Source of the DNA: Saccostrea cucullata
Taxonomy: Eukaryota
Reading direction: 5' to 3'
NCBI RefSeq assembly: GCF_032062105.1
Contig: NW_026930873.1
Span: 248,001 to 312,000, forward strand
DNA length: 64,000 nucleotides
The notes beneath the pieces are model-generated. The model was not told the origin of the DNA and searched no databases. It worked only from the letters and a program-made list of their open reading frames with translations. Both the position numbers and the translations under genes were made by a program. This document shows, in pieces, positions 44,690 to 56,698 of the stretch (positions within the stretch are counted from its first letter, which is position 1; each line of letters starts with the position of its first letter).

Positions 44690-45840
44690 GTCAGAGTGTC
44701 AAGAAAAGTATTCTTTATAATAGTGATACAAAGGATCCAAGATGAAGTGAAAAAGAAGAGGAAGAAGCTTGCTTTAGCTGTTTAGAAGAGTGGGGAGCAC
44801 AAGGAACACTCCCTAACATCATAGAACATGTACCGAATGGAACTCGACATTATTTGTAAACTAAGTTGAATTTGAAAAGGCATTTGATTCCATTGATATA
44901 CAGAGCCTTGGTCTATCCTGAAGCATTTTGGGATCACAGATAAACCGGTCAGAGTGGTGAATCTCCTATAAAATTCCTATGTACAGTCTGTTAAGATGAA
45001 GTAGAATCTGAACTGGTTCGGGGTAACAACAGGACCGCAGGTCTGCACAATGTCTGGATTTTGATTTTTGTTGGTGATAACTTTCATAGTTAGAAGAACT
45101 ACAGGAACAGAACCAAGAGAAATTTCACAACAAAACTTGGGAATCTAGACTTCACAGATGATCTTGCTATGCATTCCTCAAAATTTCGGGACATCCAAAA
45201 AAAAAAGACACAAAAACTAAATGAAATTGCTAGACAGGGTGGACTCAAAATAAACATCGAGAAAACCAAAGTGTTAGTGATGAGGCTAAACTCTGACATA
45301 ATATAGCCAGTCAAGATCGATGGACATAGTACAAGACCTGGAGGGCGTGGAAACATTTACAGTGTACTAACCATGGCAGTGTGATAACAACAAAGGGAGG
45401 ATCTGATGAGGACATTACCAACAGACTGGGAAAAGCTAAATTCCTATTTGGAAGGCTTTGAAAAATCTGGAATTCTAATATATGGAAGTCAGACATAGGA
45501 AGTCAGACATAGAATCCGGAGTTCTAATATATGGAAGTCAGACATAGAAAACAACAGAGCGAGACCAAAAAAAAAGAGAAGATTTTCACCTTCCAGTATA
45601 GATACTTAAAAAGTCCTGAGAGGAAGATACACTGTAGCGTGATAAAATATCAAACGAAGAACTCAAACATAGAATAAAACAACCATCTAGAGCGAGTGAA
45701 ACAATAACTCTCAGGAAGTGGAACTGGATTGGCCATAAATTTAGGATGGAACACAGCAGGATCTGTACTACTGCAATGACGTGGTACCCAGAAGAAAAGA
45801 GGAAAGTACACTGGCCTAAAATAACCTGAAGAAAAACAAC
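44690..45840 (+). mobile_element. Degraded RTE-clade LINE RT fragment (copy 1)
   Basis: Decayed NIIEQC.EWN, DF.KAFDSI, LSGFLFLLVIDF, LDF.DDLA and WNWIGH-like motifs with frameshifts. Confidence 0.75.
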
Positions 45841-46443
45841 GAAATAAGAAAGGATACAGCTTTATTGTGGGGAATATGGTTGTATATAAAGTATAAAAGT
45901 CGTAAGTTTTTACGTGTTGATTTTGGTAAGATTTGTGATTTCAGATTTTCCAATATTCCTTGGAATTTTTAAGTATCCGCATCTGAGTTACACCAGTTCT
46001 CGAATACACACAGATGTACATTGTTGCACAGTACTCCTGAAGTTTCTCCTTCAAACCTTTTTATTAGGACACGAAGTATAAAGTGATAATAGGAATCAGG
46101 GCCCAATCCCATGATTATAAAAATTGAATTGACTTCAAAATATCTTTTAAACCGAGGAAACCATTTTGAACTTTTATGAAAATTTGCATAAAACGCCGAA
46201 ACCGTTTATACATAAAATATCACGTGAACATACAGTTTCATCATCATAACACAACCAAACTACGAAGCAGAAGATCCATGTGTTATTGCACTTTTACTAG
46301 ATCCTTGTTTAAACTTAAAAAAAAAAGATATTCATGTTATTCTTATTCAGTAGTTATAAATCTAAGCCTTATGCATCGCCTGGTGTATTTTAATCCACAA
46401 ACAGCGAGAATGTAGTTCTGTCACATTTCTTCATTGGTAGTTG

Positions 46444-46695
46444 GTCCCGAGGGGATCCGGGTTAGAGTAGGTCCTCAGTACCCCCTTGCTTGTCGTAAAA
46501 GGCGACTAAATGGGGCGGTCCTCTTCGGATGAGACCGTATAAACCGAGGCCCCGTGTCATAAAGATCCCTCCCTGCTCAAAGGCCATAAGTGCCGAGCAA
46601 AGGCCTAAATTTGCAGCCCTTCACCGGCAATGGTGACGTCTCCATATCAGTGAAATATTCTGGAGAGGGACGTTAAACAGTATACAATCAATCAA
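46444..46695 (+). mobile_element. SINE with Deu-like core and (CAAT)n tail, no tRNA head
   Basis: 13-bp TSD TCATTGGTAGTTG (46431-46443, 46696-46708); absent from the paralogous site at ~44025; core CTTCGGATGAGACCG..AAACCGAGGCCC...AAAGATCCC. Confidence 0.85.
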
Positions 46696-46954
46696 TCATT
46701 GGTAGTTGTATCTCGATCATAGACGTTTGCAAATGTTGATATTTACATGTAAATTTAAAGTTGTAGCTGATGTATATCTATTTATAATGTTATTCTAGGT
46801 ATTACAGGTAGATCTACCTTTAATTTTGCTGCTACTTTACATGCATTTTGATATTTATATTATGATATTTTACCAAAACTGTTTCTCTCGATAAGATATG
46901 ATTGCAATGTTAATGTTGCTGAATCTAAAGGTGTATTTTAAAAAAAAAGAAATA

Positions 46955-47310
46955 TGGAGGTAATGAATAGTATTCAAGCTGAAAACACCATTACAGAAAT
47001 ATAAATAAGGAACAGAGCAAACACAGACGTCTGTAACATCAGAGGTGGGACCAGGTGTAATGGAAAAAGAAGCATCCCCTGTCAAATGGTCACACCCGCC
47101 GTGTGCTCCTTGTCATGATCGGGAAATAACGAGAAAGTCAGTAGACAATTTAGTGTGTAAATAATGGTCAAATAATTGGTATGAAACACGTCAATCATTT
47201 GACTTGATGATAGAATGTTCATGCTGACAAGGTCGTTGTGTCGAGCGAATGATGACTTTAAATGAGGGTGTTGATATAATTTCCTTGGTTAATTAATTTG
47301 TTTGTCAATA
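46955..47310 (-). mobile_element. Penelope-like 3' fragment (duplicated copy)
   Basis: Paralog of 44270-44640. Confidence 0.5.
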
Positions 47311-47359
47311 GCTCGCCTTGTTTGTATGTGATAATAATAGAGGTATCACACTTTTGTCA

Positions 47360-48810
47360 GTGTCAAGAAAATTATTTTTATAATTTATAGTGATACAAAG
47401 GATCCAAGATGAAGTAAAAAGGAAGTTGCGAGAACAACCTTGCTTTAGAAGAGTGAGAGAGACAGCAGAACAACTGTTCACACTCTCTAATATCATGGAA
47501 CAGTGTACCGAATAGAAATCGGCATTATTTGTAAACTACGTTGAATTTTAATAGGCATCTGATTCCATTGATATACAGAGGCTTGGTCTATCCTGAAGTT
47601 TTGGCATCACAGGTAAACCGGTCATAATGATGAAACTCCTACATTAATCATTCCAATGTACAGTTTTAGAGGATGGAGAAGAATCCGACTGGTTCCGGTT
47701 AAAACAGGAGTGAAGCAGGTCTGCACATTATCTGGATTCCTATTTTTGTTGGTTATAGATTTCATAGTTAGAACTACAGGAACAGAACCAACAGGAATTT
47801 CACAACAAAATTTGAAAATCTAGACTTCAGAGATGACCTTGCTATGCATTCCTCAAAATTTTGGGCCATCAAAAAAAGACAAAAAACTACTGTGAAATCG
47901 CTAATTTTCGTGGTGGTCTAATTTTCGTGGTTTTCGAGGTATGAAGAGACCCACGAATTAATGTCCCCCACGAAATGCTATTTTACACATATTTTACTAC
48001 TGAACAATTCTTCAACCACAAAATCATATCCCCATGAACCAATATATTTTCCTCAAACCACGAAAATTTGACCCCTCGAAAATATGTGATTTTACAGTAA
48101 ATGAAATTGCTTGACAAGCTGGACTCAGAATAAACATTTCAAAAACCAAAGTAATGAGACTCATCTCTGACATAATAGACCCAGTCAAGATTGATGGACA
48201 AGACCTTAAGGATGTATAAACATTTACTTACCTTGGACGTCTGACAACAACAAAGGGAGAATCTGATGAGGACATAACCAACAGACTTCGATAAACAAAA
48301 TCCAAATTGGTAAGGCTCAGAAAAATCTGGATCTCATCCAAAATTTTCCATCCCAAGAAAAGTAAAGTTCTTTAACATCTTGGTCCTGCTAGTTCTAATG
48401 TATAGAAGTTTTACTTGGAAAACAACGAAACAAGACAAAAGGCAGATTGACACCTTCCAAAATATATGCCAAAATCCTGAGAATAAGATGGTCTGATAAA
48501 ATATGAAGAACACCATCATAGAATAAAAACAACTGTCTAGAGCGAATGAAATAATAACGCTCGGGAGTGGAATTGGACTGGCCATAAATTTAGGATGGGA
48601 ACAACAGGATTTGTACTACTGCAATGACGTGGTACCAAGAAGATTCAAGAAAAGAGGAAAATAAGCCGGCCTTAAACAACCTGAAGAACAATGGAACAAG
48701 AAAGCATTCAGATTTGATCGAATAGTTGCGTTTCAGCGGGTGCAGCAGCCAAAGACAGAGGCAGGTGAAGGCATTGTATAGGGACAAGTGGTCACGAAGA
48801 GGGTAGAGCA
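47360..48810 (+). mobile_element. Degraded RTE-clade LINE RT fragment (copy 2)
   Basis: KTGVKQ.C.LSGFLFLLVIDF, LDF.DDLA and WNWTGH-like motifs; short AGGT-rich tail near 48810. Confidence 0.75.
47890..48097. mobile_element. TA-flanked MITE inserted in RTE copy 2
   Basis: TA|CTGTGAAATC...GATTTTACAG|TA; empty site AAAACTAAATGAAATTGC at ~45212. Confidence 0.88.
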
Positions 48811-49822
48811 AAGGTAGGTGGGGTGAGGTTACAGCGTTTTAGAATTTATTTAGTATGCTCTTGTGTATTGAAACAACTAGGAGACACAAACCCCATTTCA
48901 GGACTGGTGATATATAAAAAATCAAAAATATAAACATAAATAAGGAAATTTGACGATAGAAAAATTAAAGTCATCACGTTTATCAAAGTTTTATGGCTAG
49001 ATTATCATAAACATCTTTCTCTTGTAAAATATCCAAATTTGAAACAGATGTGTCAGACTTTGTGGTATCTTTTATTTCAAGTTCACGGGGATATATCGAG
49101 TCGACAAAATTAATAAAGTTTGACATTCTATACAAATACAAGTACATATGTATATATTACATGTATATATTGCAAACTTGCATTCGAGAAACAACTGTAT
49201 CACATTTAACGATAACATTTCTAGCCACATATCAATTATCAGAGATGAGAAACAAAAATCATAAAAAATGGGAAACACAAAGTTAAAACAAGAGGCTAAT
49301 GGGCCTCTAACCCCACCTGAGCCACTTTGGTCCAACTGTTCCTCAGCAGATTTATTTTTCCTTAAAAATTGATTTCATTTAATTCTTTTTTTAAAATCTA
49401 TCCTTAGGGATTTTTAAAAAATCAAAACTGAATCATCTGACATAAATTGTAATAACTTCAATACCAATGTACTAGCAATCAACATGCATTGTGTCCAGCC
49501 CTAGCTAGTTCTATTTTAAAAATTGCTTCAACACAACATTGTGCCCTTGACTCAGATGAACTTACAACATACAATAAATCTTTAAATATTAAAAAAGTAC
49601 CAGGGTATGACAAAATGAAAAACATTTCATTGAAATATTTCTAGCACACTACTGTTTTCTAACATTATTAAGCTAATAAAGTTGACTTCAAACCTTAGCC
49701 ACAACCGCGGAGATATACGTGTCTCACTGTAAACAACACCTGATTTGGAACTTATCAATAAAGTAATAAAAAGAGTGTTTAAAAATGCGGAACATCTTTA
49801 AACATCATTGTTGATTAAGTCT

Positions 49823-52800
49823 TCAGGACTTCTCTGAATTTTGTCTGAACACATTTTTCAGGTGTAGATTAAGTGTGGGTGATGACGAGTTCTGCCTTGA
49901 TAAACTTTTAGGTGTCTGTGCCGGTTTTGTGGGCAGTTTATATGCATTCAGGAAGAACTTGTCCCTAGTTTCGTCAGACAAAATTCCCAATATACTGGCC
50001 CTTAAGTTTGATATCCAATAAGGAACATAACGATGTTTTGGATTGGCTGATGTAACGGCCTCCTCCATTTGTTGAACGACTTCCCCAACACTACTACGTG
50101 CTCGACTCATATGCGTAGAAATGCTTTTACAGAATGCATCGAAGTATTCCTCTCCGTATACCTCCTTGACCTCGGATGGAGTTTCAGCCCATGACTTCCG
50201 GTTGGCGTTAATAAGGTAATCCGATTCGACAATGGGCGTCCTAAAGAAAGACGGAATTACATCTGTATTTGATTTCACTGTCTTATGATGTCATATATAT
50301 AATCAATCTTTGAATAATGTAATTATGGTTAATACCAAGAGCTGATTTAAAAAAAAACACGTTAAAAACTGCTTCACTTTCAGTGCTGTTGAACAAACCT
50401 GTACAATCCCGGTTCTATAGTGATGACCTTAACACCAAACTTCGCCATTTCTTGCCGTAATCCATCTGAGAAGGCAATGCAGGCCTTCTTTGACATTGAG
50501 TAGGCAGCAAAAGCCGGTACAGTTAGACGACCTACAAAAAAGAATGGCAAAGAAAAAATGAAATAATTTAATGCTGGTAGGCAGGCGAAAATGAACATGT
50601 AGGCTCAGAGCAATGAAATATCAAGTATTGGTTGGATTCTCCACGTACCCCTTCTTTCTATTATCAAATAAAACCAAGTTCAACAACTTTGTTGAAAAAG
50701 ATTGTCAACTGAAACTTCGATCGGGCTATACAGGAAAAGTATTTCCGAGCTGAATTCTGATTCGAACTTTGGACAATGCGATTAACCTCAGATAAAACCA
50801 TAGGTTTGTTTATAGGTTATTTTATTTCAGTCAGATCATGCATCGAACATGGAGAACATCATCTTCTATTAATACATTTTATTTGTATGGAAATTATACT
50901 GAGTTATGTTGCAATTGTTTAAACCTGTGTACTTCTTTGAGTCCAATAAGACCAATTGCAGACGTCGAGCCGTTTAAGGAAAGATATATTGATTAACAGC
51001 TATATTTGAATCATTGGACTGCGTCATTGGGAGTTTTTTTTTAAATTTCATATGAGGACTGAATGTTTTCTTTTTCTTACCAGCCAGACTAGCTACGTTA
51101 ATGACTCGCCCCTCTCCATCGCGAAGAAGCGGCAAAAACGCTTTAGTAACCCGGACAACGCCAATGACGTTGACATCCATTATTTGCTGAAACTGCATAA
51201 CAGAGCACCATTCTATCTCTTGGAATGTTGCTATTCCAGCGTTGTTGACCAATGACCATAAAACTGTAAAATATAAAAGGTAACTTTAATAGAATTGTAA
51301 TGAAATCTAATTAATTATGTTTATTCAAAATTAAGGACATATTGTTTTCTTTTAAATACAATTTTCCAAACCTAATTTTTCGAAGTCTCCTGAGTGTATA
51401 TATATAATATACAATGAAGATAGTGATAATGTTCTTTGTATTAAGAGTGCATTTAGCAATGCCTAATTCATGCTTTGATGTATATCCACTGTCTTTGAAG
51501 TACATGTATTTTAGGGAAGAAAGTTTAAAATACAGAATTCACTTTAAAAAAAAAAAGTTTTGCTCAAATCTGTGAAGTTGTCTATTTACATTTCGTTAAT
51601 CTGACCCTTCTTCGTGCTACAAATATGCAAATCATGTTCCTATATCTTGAACGTTCGTTTATGAATAATTCATTGAAATCTTTTTCCCAGGCCTTGCAGA
51701 GGGTTAAAAATGTCATCAATAAACCTGTATGTGTATACAGTTGTTGACAGTGAATATAATTAGTTAACCAAGGAAGAGAATCGTGGAATTTAAAACGTTA
51801 TGTATAATAAAACGTGTATATATATATATACAAAGTTTAATGAAGATAATTACTCATACATGCTTATTCTGAAATTCTTTTATTGTATTATAAAGGTACA
51901 ATAATAATTAATAAATATCAAATAAAGTGAATGGCGAATTAAACTTATTTCTTTGAATTCTTAAGCTTAATAGCAAGTAGTTGCAAAAGGAAATTATGCA
52001 ACCTTAAAACTAAGTGACCAAAACCCATACAATGAGACTTACTCCACTCAAAACGATTTGAATTCATGTTATTCCGAATTATGTAACTCTACCAAGGTCA
52101 GTCAATACTGGTAGTACCTTGTAGATATGTGATAGTATGAATGACAAAATTTTATTTCATACAAGAATCCCCTCAAAAGAAAATTTACTACCCTGTAATA
52201 AGAAATTTGACCTAAATGTGTATTCAGTTTATGGTTGTAGGGCCTGGAGTAGTATACAACCTTTCAGATTGACTATAGATAAATTAACATTGTTCATTGG
52301 TCTACTTACTTTTCCTTCAAGTCGCTGTTAGCTGTAGATTTGAAAGATTGAAGTTTAATTAAATTTGTGTGGTTTTGTGTCGATTATTGTATATGGTATT
52401 GTCCATTTTTACATTTTCTAGTAAATATGTTTATGATATAGGTTGCATCATAAACAAACTTACCTTTCCCGTTGAGATTTTCTTTGACGGTCTGCACGGC
52501 TTTTTGCACTTGCCAATCATCCGTGACGTCCAGTTGCACTACTTGTATGTTACTGGAACTTTCTTTCAAACTCCGTGCACCCTCACGATCCGAAAACAAA
52601 CAACCAGCAAAAACAGTGAATCCTCTTTTGGCTAAATTCAGAGCCAAACTGTGGCCGAAACCACTGTCACAACCTTACAAGAATAAAGAAAACACTTCAA
52701 CGTTCTATTCAGTTTATATCATGTGCCCTTACAAGTAAATTAATATTAAACACACATATTCATGAAATTTATTTTGAAAATTAATTTTACTGTATTGTAC

Positions 52801-53336
52801 TTGAAAAATATGTAATTTTTTTTAATTGAATAAGATCTTACAAGTTTTTTTTAAAAACAATATTCTTTGCTGGAATGAAACCTTTCAACCCTTATCAGAA
52901 CAAGGATTTGTAACCGCAAAATCTTTAAACGTGTTAGAATTTGGTTTTTGCAGATAAATATGAAATCCTATCATGGGGATAAAGGAATTTATAAAATACC
53001 TTTAGATATGTGATCTTCATATAAACAAACAATTTTTGGCAAGTATGCATATGAGAAAATAGATAAATAAAAAGATCAGATTCGTTATAAATTGTTTTAA
53101 ATATTAACTCAAAATGAATATTTACCTGTGATTATAACAGCCTTGTCCTGCGGTGAGACGGTACCTGAAGACACGGGTATGAAAACGAAAGCCAACCCTA
53201 AACAAAGTACACATAACAAACTGCCAGTGGACAAGTTCTCTTGAAGGAAAACAACTAAAGGAAAACACAATCTAGCAAGTAGAAGAAAAGCAACCACAGC
53301 TGAGATATAATATCCAAGCTTTCGTGTGGTCGACAT
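49823..53336 (-). CDS. Short-chain dehydrogenase/reductase (BDH1/RDH-like), copy B, 384 aa
   Basis: Exons 53336-53126, 52673-52464, 51263-51081, 50531-50399, 50240-49823 (1155 nt). Exons 1-4 have the same lengths as in copy A; same catalytic motifs. Confidence 0.93.
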
Positions 53337-53984
53337 TTCTAGTCTTCCAATGCTATCAGTGCGTCTTCACGACAGTCCAAAGTGCACGTTTGTGGTGTCT
53401 TTTCACGAATAAGAAAAGCCCTGTTATTTGAGATCCCTACGGATTTCGATTAATCAAGTACACAGTGTCCAAAACATTTACAACTGTTCGGACAATCGTT
53501 CCAGATTTACACCTCCAATAACTTCCGCCTTAGATATTTAATTTACGGATTATGCAATGAATTTTCAATATATTAAGCTATGGAAAAGTGCGTCCATAAA
53601 GAAAGCCCTCTGTTAAGTGACATAATTTATTCCACTTCAATGAATGATAAAAACAGGTCATGGATTTAAATTGCTGATTGGAGTCTTAAATTTCTCAAGT
53701 ACGAGGGACTAAGAGTACAACATTCATTTGTATGTGTTGATAAACATGTAAACCGTAATTCCACGTAATTCAACGATTTTAGAATAATATAGAGGCTCCA
53801 AATAAAAAAAAGGAATATACATGTATTTTTTTTTAAATACCTTCATATACTAATTCATTTTCATACTATTTTCAGGGGGTAAACAATGAAAAGCATTATT
53901 ATGTAGTATTATAACCTTGGAAAAGCATAGATCTGCATGTTTAGTTAGGTTTTGCATGAAAAGAAATAAAATAGAATGTTTATG

Positions 53985-54354
53985 TCTGATTGTTTAACAC
54001 CCCTTTCGATAATTTTTCATTCATATAGAGAGGGCACCATTTGCCAGCGAAGTTTGCAAATGAATATCTCACTCGGCAAGAATAATTTTTAATTCATATA
54101 GAAAAGGCATCATTTGCTAACGAAGTTTGCAAATGAATATCTTACTCGGCAATCAGGGCCATTGAGCAGTGAGGGATCTTTTTTTTCGCGCCAGGACCTA
54201 CTGCAACATAGGTACCTCGGTTTATATTGTCTCTTCCGAAGGACCAGTCTCTGTGTTCCGTTATTGGATTCGAACCCACGACGTAATCAAGGATCAATTT
54301 ATTATACACCGCAAATCTTTAGCAAACGCTCTGACCACTGCACCACACTGGCGA
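53985..54354 (-). mobile_element. tRNA-derived SINE with Deu-like core (older copy)
   Basis: Minus-strand A-box TGGTGCAGTGGTCAGAGCG, B-box GGGTTCGAATCC (54266-54277); body and tail homologous to 46515-46695; internal tandem duplication at ~54020-54150. Confidence 0.75.
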
Positions 54355-54588
54355 CAAAATGAAATGAAGTTTTAAAAACGCTGTCTTATTCATCAAAGCA
54401 ATCTGCATAGAACTAGTATTTTTCTTTCAGAGTATGGTATTTTGCTGATCAAACCCTCGATAATGATATGACTTCAACTTCTGATATCCGCCCTTGTGCT
54501 CGTCTGCTTATTTCTAGTATCCAAAAGATGTTCCAGAACATTTTTGATGATTTAATCTTCAACAGCACATAGTGAACAGGGTGGATAG

Positions 54589-54668
54589 TGTCTTCCCACA
54601 AATTTTTATTAAAATAGAAAATTTGGTGTCATGAATTTTCTATTTTAATAAAAATTTGTGGGAAGACA
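54589..54668. repeat. Perfect 35-bp inverted repeat with 10-bp spacer
   Basis: TGTCTTCCCACAAATTTTTATTAAAATAGAAAATT / exact reverse complement at 54634-54668. Confidence 0.9.
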
Positions 54669-56109
54669 ATAGGGGTGCAGATTTTGGTTGCCAATCTATA
54701 TCACTATTAATCATGGCACCAAATACAGATCATCTTAATGAGACTACAGCCAGTATGATGTTCCGTCGTCTCCTCAAGTCTTAGAGCCGTTGTTTACTTC
54801 ACATCTCAGATCTTTGCAGTCTTTGAAAAAGCTTTTGCACAAAAAAATTTAATTCAACAGAAAACTGCCCAATACTTCATTAATGATACCGACAGTCTTT
54901 AGTAGACAAATGGTCTTAAACTGTCCTATTGTTTCAGAGTCTCTCTTTGAAGGCAATGACTCCTAGTATCTTTCTGCTTCTCACAAATAAGATGAAAAAG
55001 TTCCTTTTGGCTAAAGCACTTAGAAACTGATCCTTCTCTGCTCACTCCTCCATGACACTGATCCCACCTCTGATGTTTTGGAGGTCCGTGTTTGCTCTGC
55101 ACCTATTTTTTATTGCTTTGTGGACTTTTGGTCTTGCATACTGTTCGTTATTTTCATATGTTTCTCTTTAGCACTTCTGGTATTTCTTGTACGGTTTGAT
55201 GGAATTTTACCCAACCCTGGTGCTGATCCTGATCTTGCGTTTATTTCATTTTTACCCCCTTTCATGTTGGCTCCCTCACATCAATTAATGGATGTGGATG
55301 TCTACGAGTATGCTTATCTCCTTTGGACTCTTGGCTTTCTTTCTGGACCCGCTTTTGTCGTACACAATTATACCTTACTTCTTACTAACTTCTTCCTTGA
55401 AACAGTGGAGGTTCCTCGGCCTTTCCTGAGGGTCCTCTGGTAATAGAAATGGAACAATGAAAAAGCTGTGCTCTACTTTTTCCCTTTCCTTCAGTAGACT
55501 GTTATCCCTACCTTCTCCTAGCGACTTGCTCTTTTGGATTGCCTAGCTGTCCAACTCATTCAACTCCAAAATCCCCATTTCCCGTATTTAAGGATTCTTT
55601 TTGTAGACTTTTGAAAGGTCTCTTATTCTCTTGATCCATATTATCAACATGCTCTCTATTTTTTTCCTGCTGTCACCTTTTCCGCCACCTAATGCGGATC
55701 GTTTCCTCGCAATCTCTAAGCTAGTTGTTTCTATAACATTTGCTTAACTGGAATCCTTGGGTATTAGTCCTCTTGCATTCTTGTAGTTCCTTTTGCGTTG
55801 TTTTATTGAGTTTGGTTGGATTTAGTTACTGACTGGCCCTTCCATTTCCCCATAGCAGATGCAGTTTTTAAATTCTCGAGAATATATATAACACTAATTC
55901 GAAGCAAATTACAAAAAAATTTCCAGTACATGTTTCTTGTTAAGTCCCAAATAGTTCATTCAATAAAGGTATCGTGCCCTTTTGAATGTCTGCATCTGTG
56001 TTTACTTTGTCTAAGCGTTTTTAACCAGTTTTAAGGCTCCTAAATCAACTTTTGTTCTGTGAAATGTGGAGAGAACGAACATTATTCAGCTTGAAGGTAG
56101 AAAGGCCAC

Positions 56110-56520
56110 TGAAACAATACAAACAGGGAGCGGAGCAAACACGGACCTCTAAAAACAATTGAGTTGGGATCAGGTGCCTTGAAGGAGATAGGGTCCACAG
56201 TCGAACTGTCACATCTGGCATGTGTTCCTTATAAAGACTGGGTCACCAGAAAAATCTGTAGACAATCAAGTGTGTAAATAATTGCCGCTGACAATACGTA
56301 TCAAAAAACGCCAGTTAGCAGTTGACGATAGATTGTATTTCCCGAAAAGGTCGACATATCGATATAAAACCTGCGAAATGTTGACTTTAAACGAGACGGT
56401 TGGTATCTTTATTTCATCAACTTGTATGTCAAATGCCTGTATCATTTAAGAAATTTTTTCGTTCATAGAACAGGTCCCTTGCATATCGAATCAATTGGGA
56501 AATATAAACCATATGCTCAC
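56110..56520 (-). mobile_element. Penelope-like 3' fragment
   Basis: Same terminal motif plus decayed RT tail (ATATCGAATCAATTGGGAAATATAAAC = VYISQLIRY on the minus strand). Confidence 0.6.
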
Positions 56521-56698
56521 AACAAAACATTGAAATTTATTTTTTTTCTTCGAGAATTTTGATCCATGATTAAAAGTTCCCTATGTCTCTGTGCTCACCA
56601 CCACCATTGCCAATCCACATCATTACAAAAGAAAAGCACTTTCATGAGACATACTAAAGAAGTTGTCAATTACTCAGTTCGTAAGTTTCACGGTAATA

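Larger units (their letters stand above)
43941..48690 (+). repeat. Local tandem duplication (43941-45840 vs 46350-48690)
   Basis: Colinear similarity from TAGTTATA.ATCTAAGCCTTATGC through the PLE and RTE fragments; copy 2 carries extra SINE and MITE insertions. Confidence 0.85.

Noticed and set aside
45400-48275. CTGATGAG hammerhead cores at ~45403 and ~48263
   Set aside because: No stem II or GAAA follows; they are part of RTE coding sequence (SDED).
54380-55960. Possible degraded LINE on the minus strand and ORF 55078-55443
   Set aside because: No diagnostic motif could be read with confidence; the ORF is low-complexity and overlaps a repeat tail.
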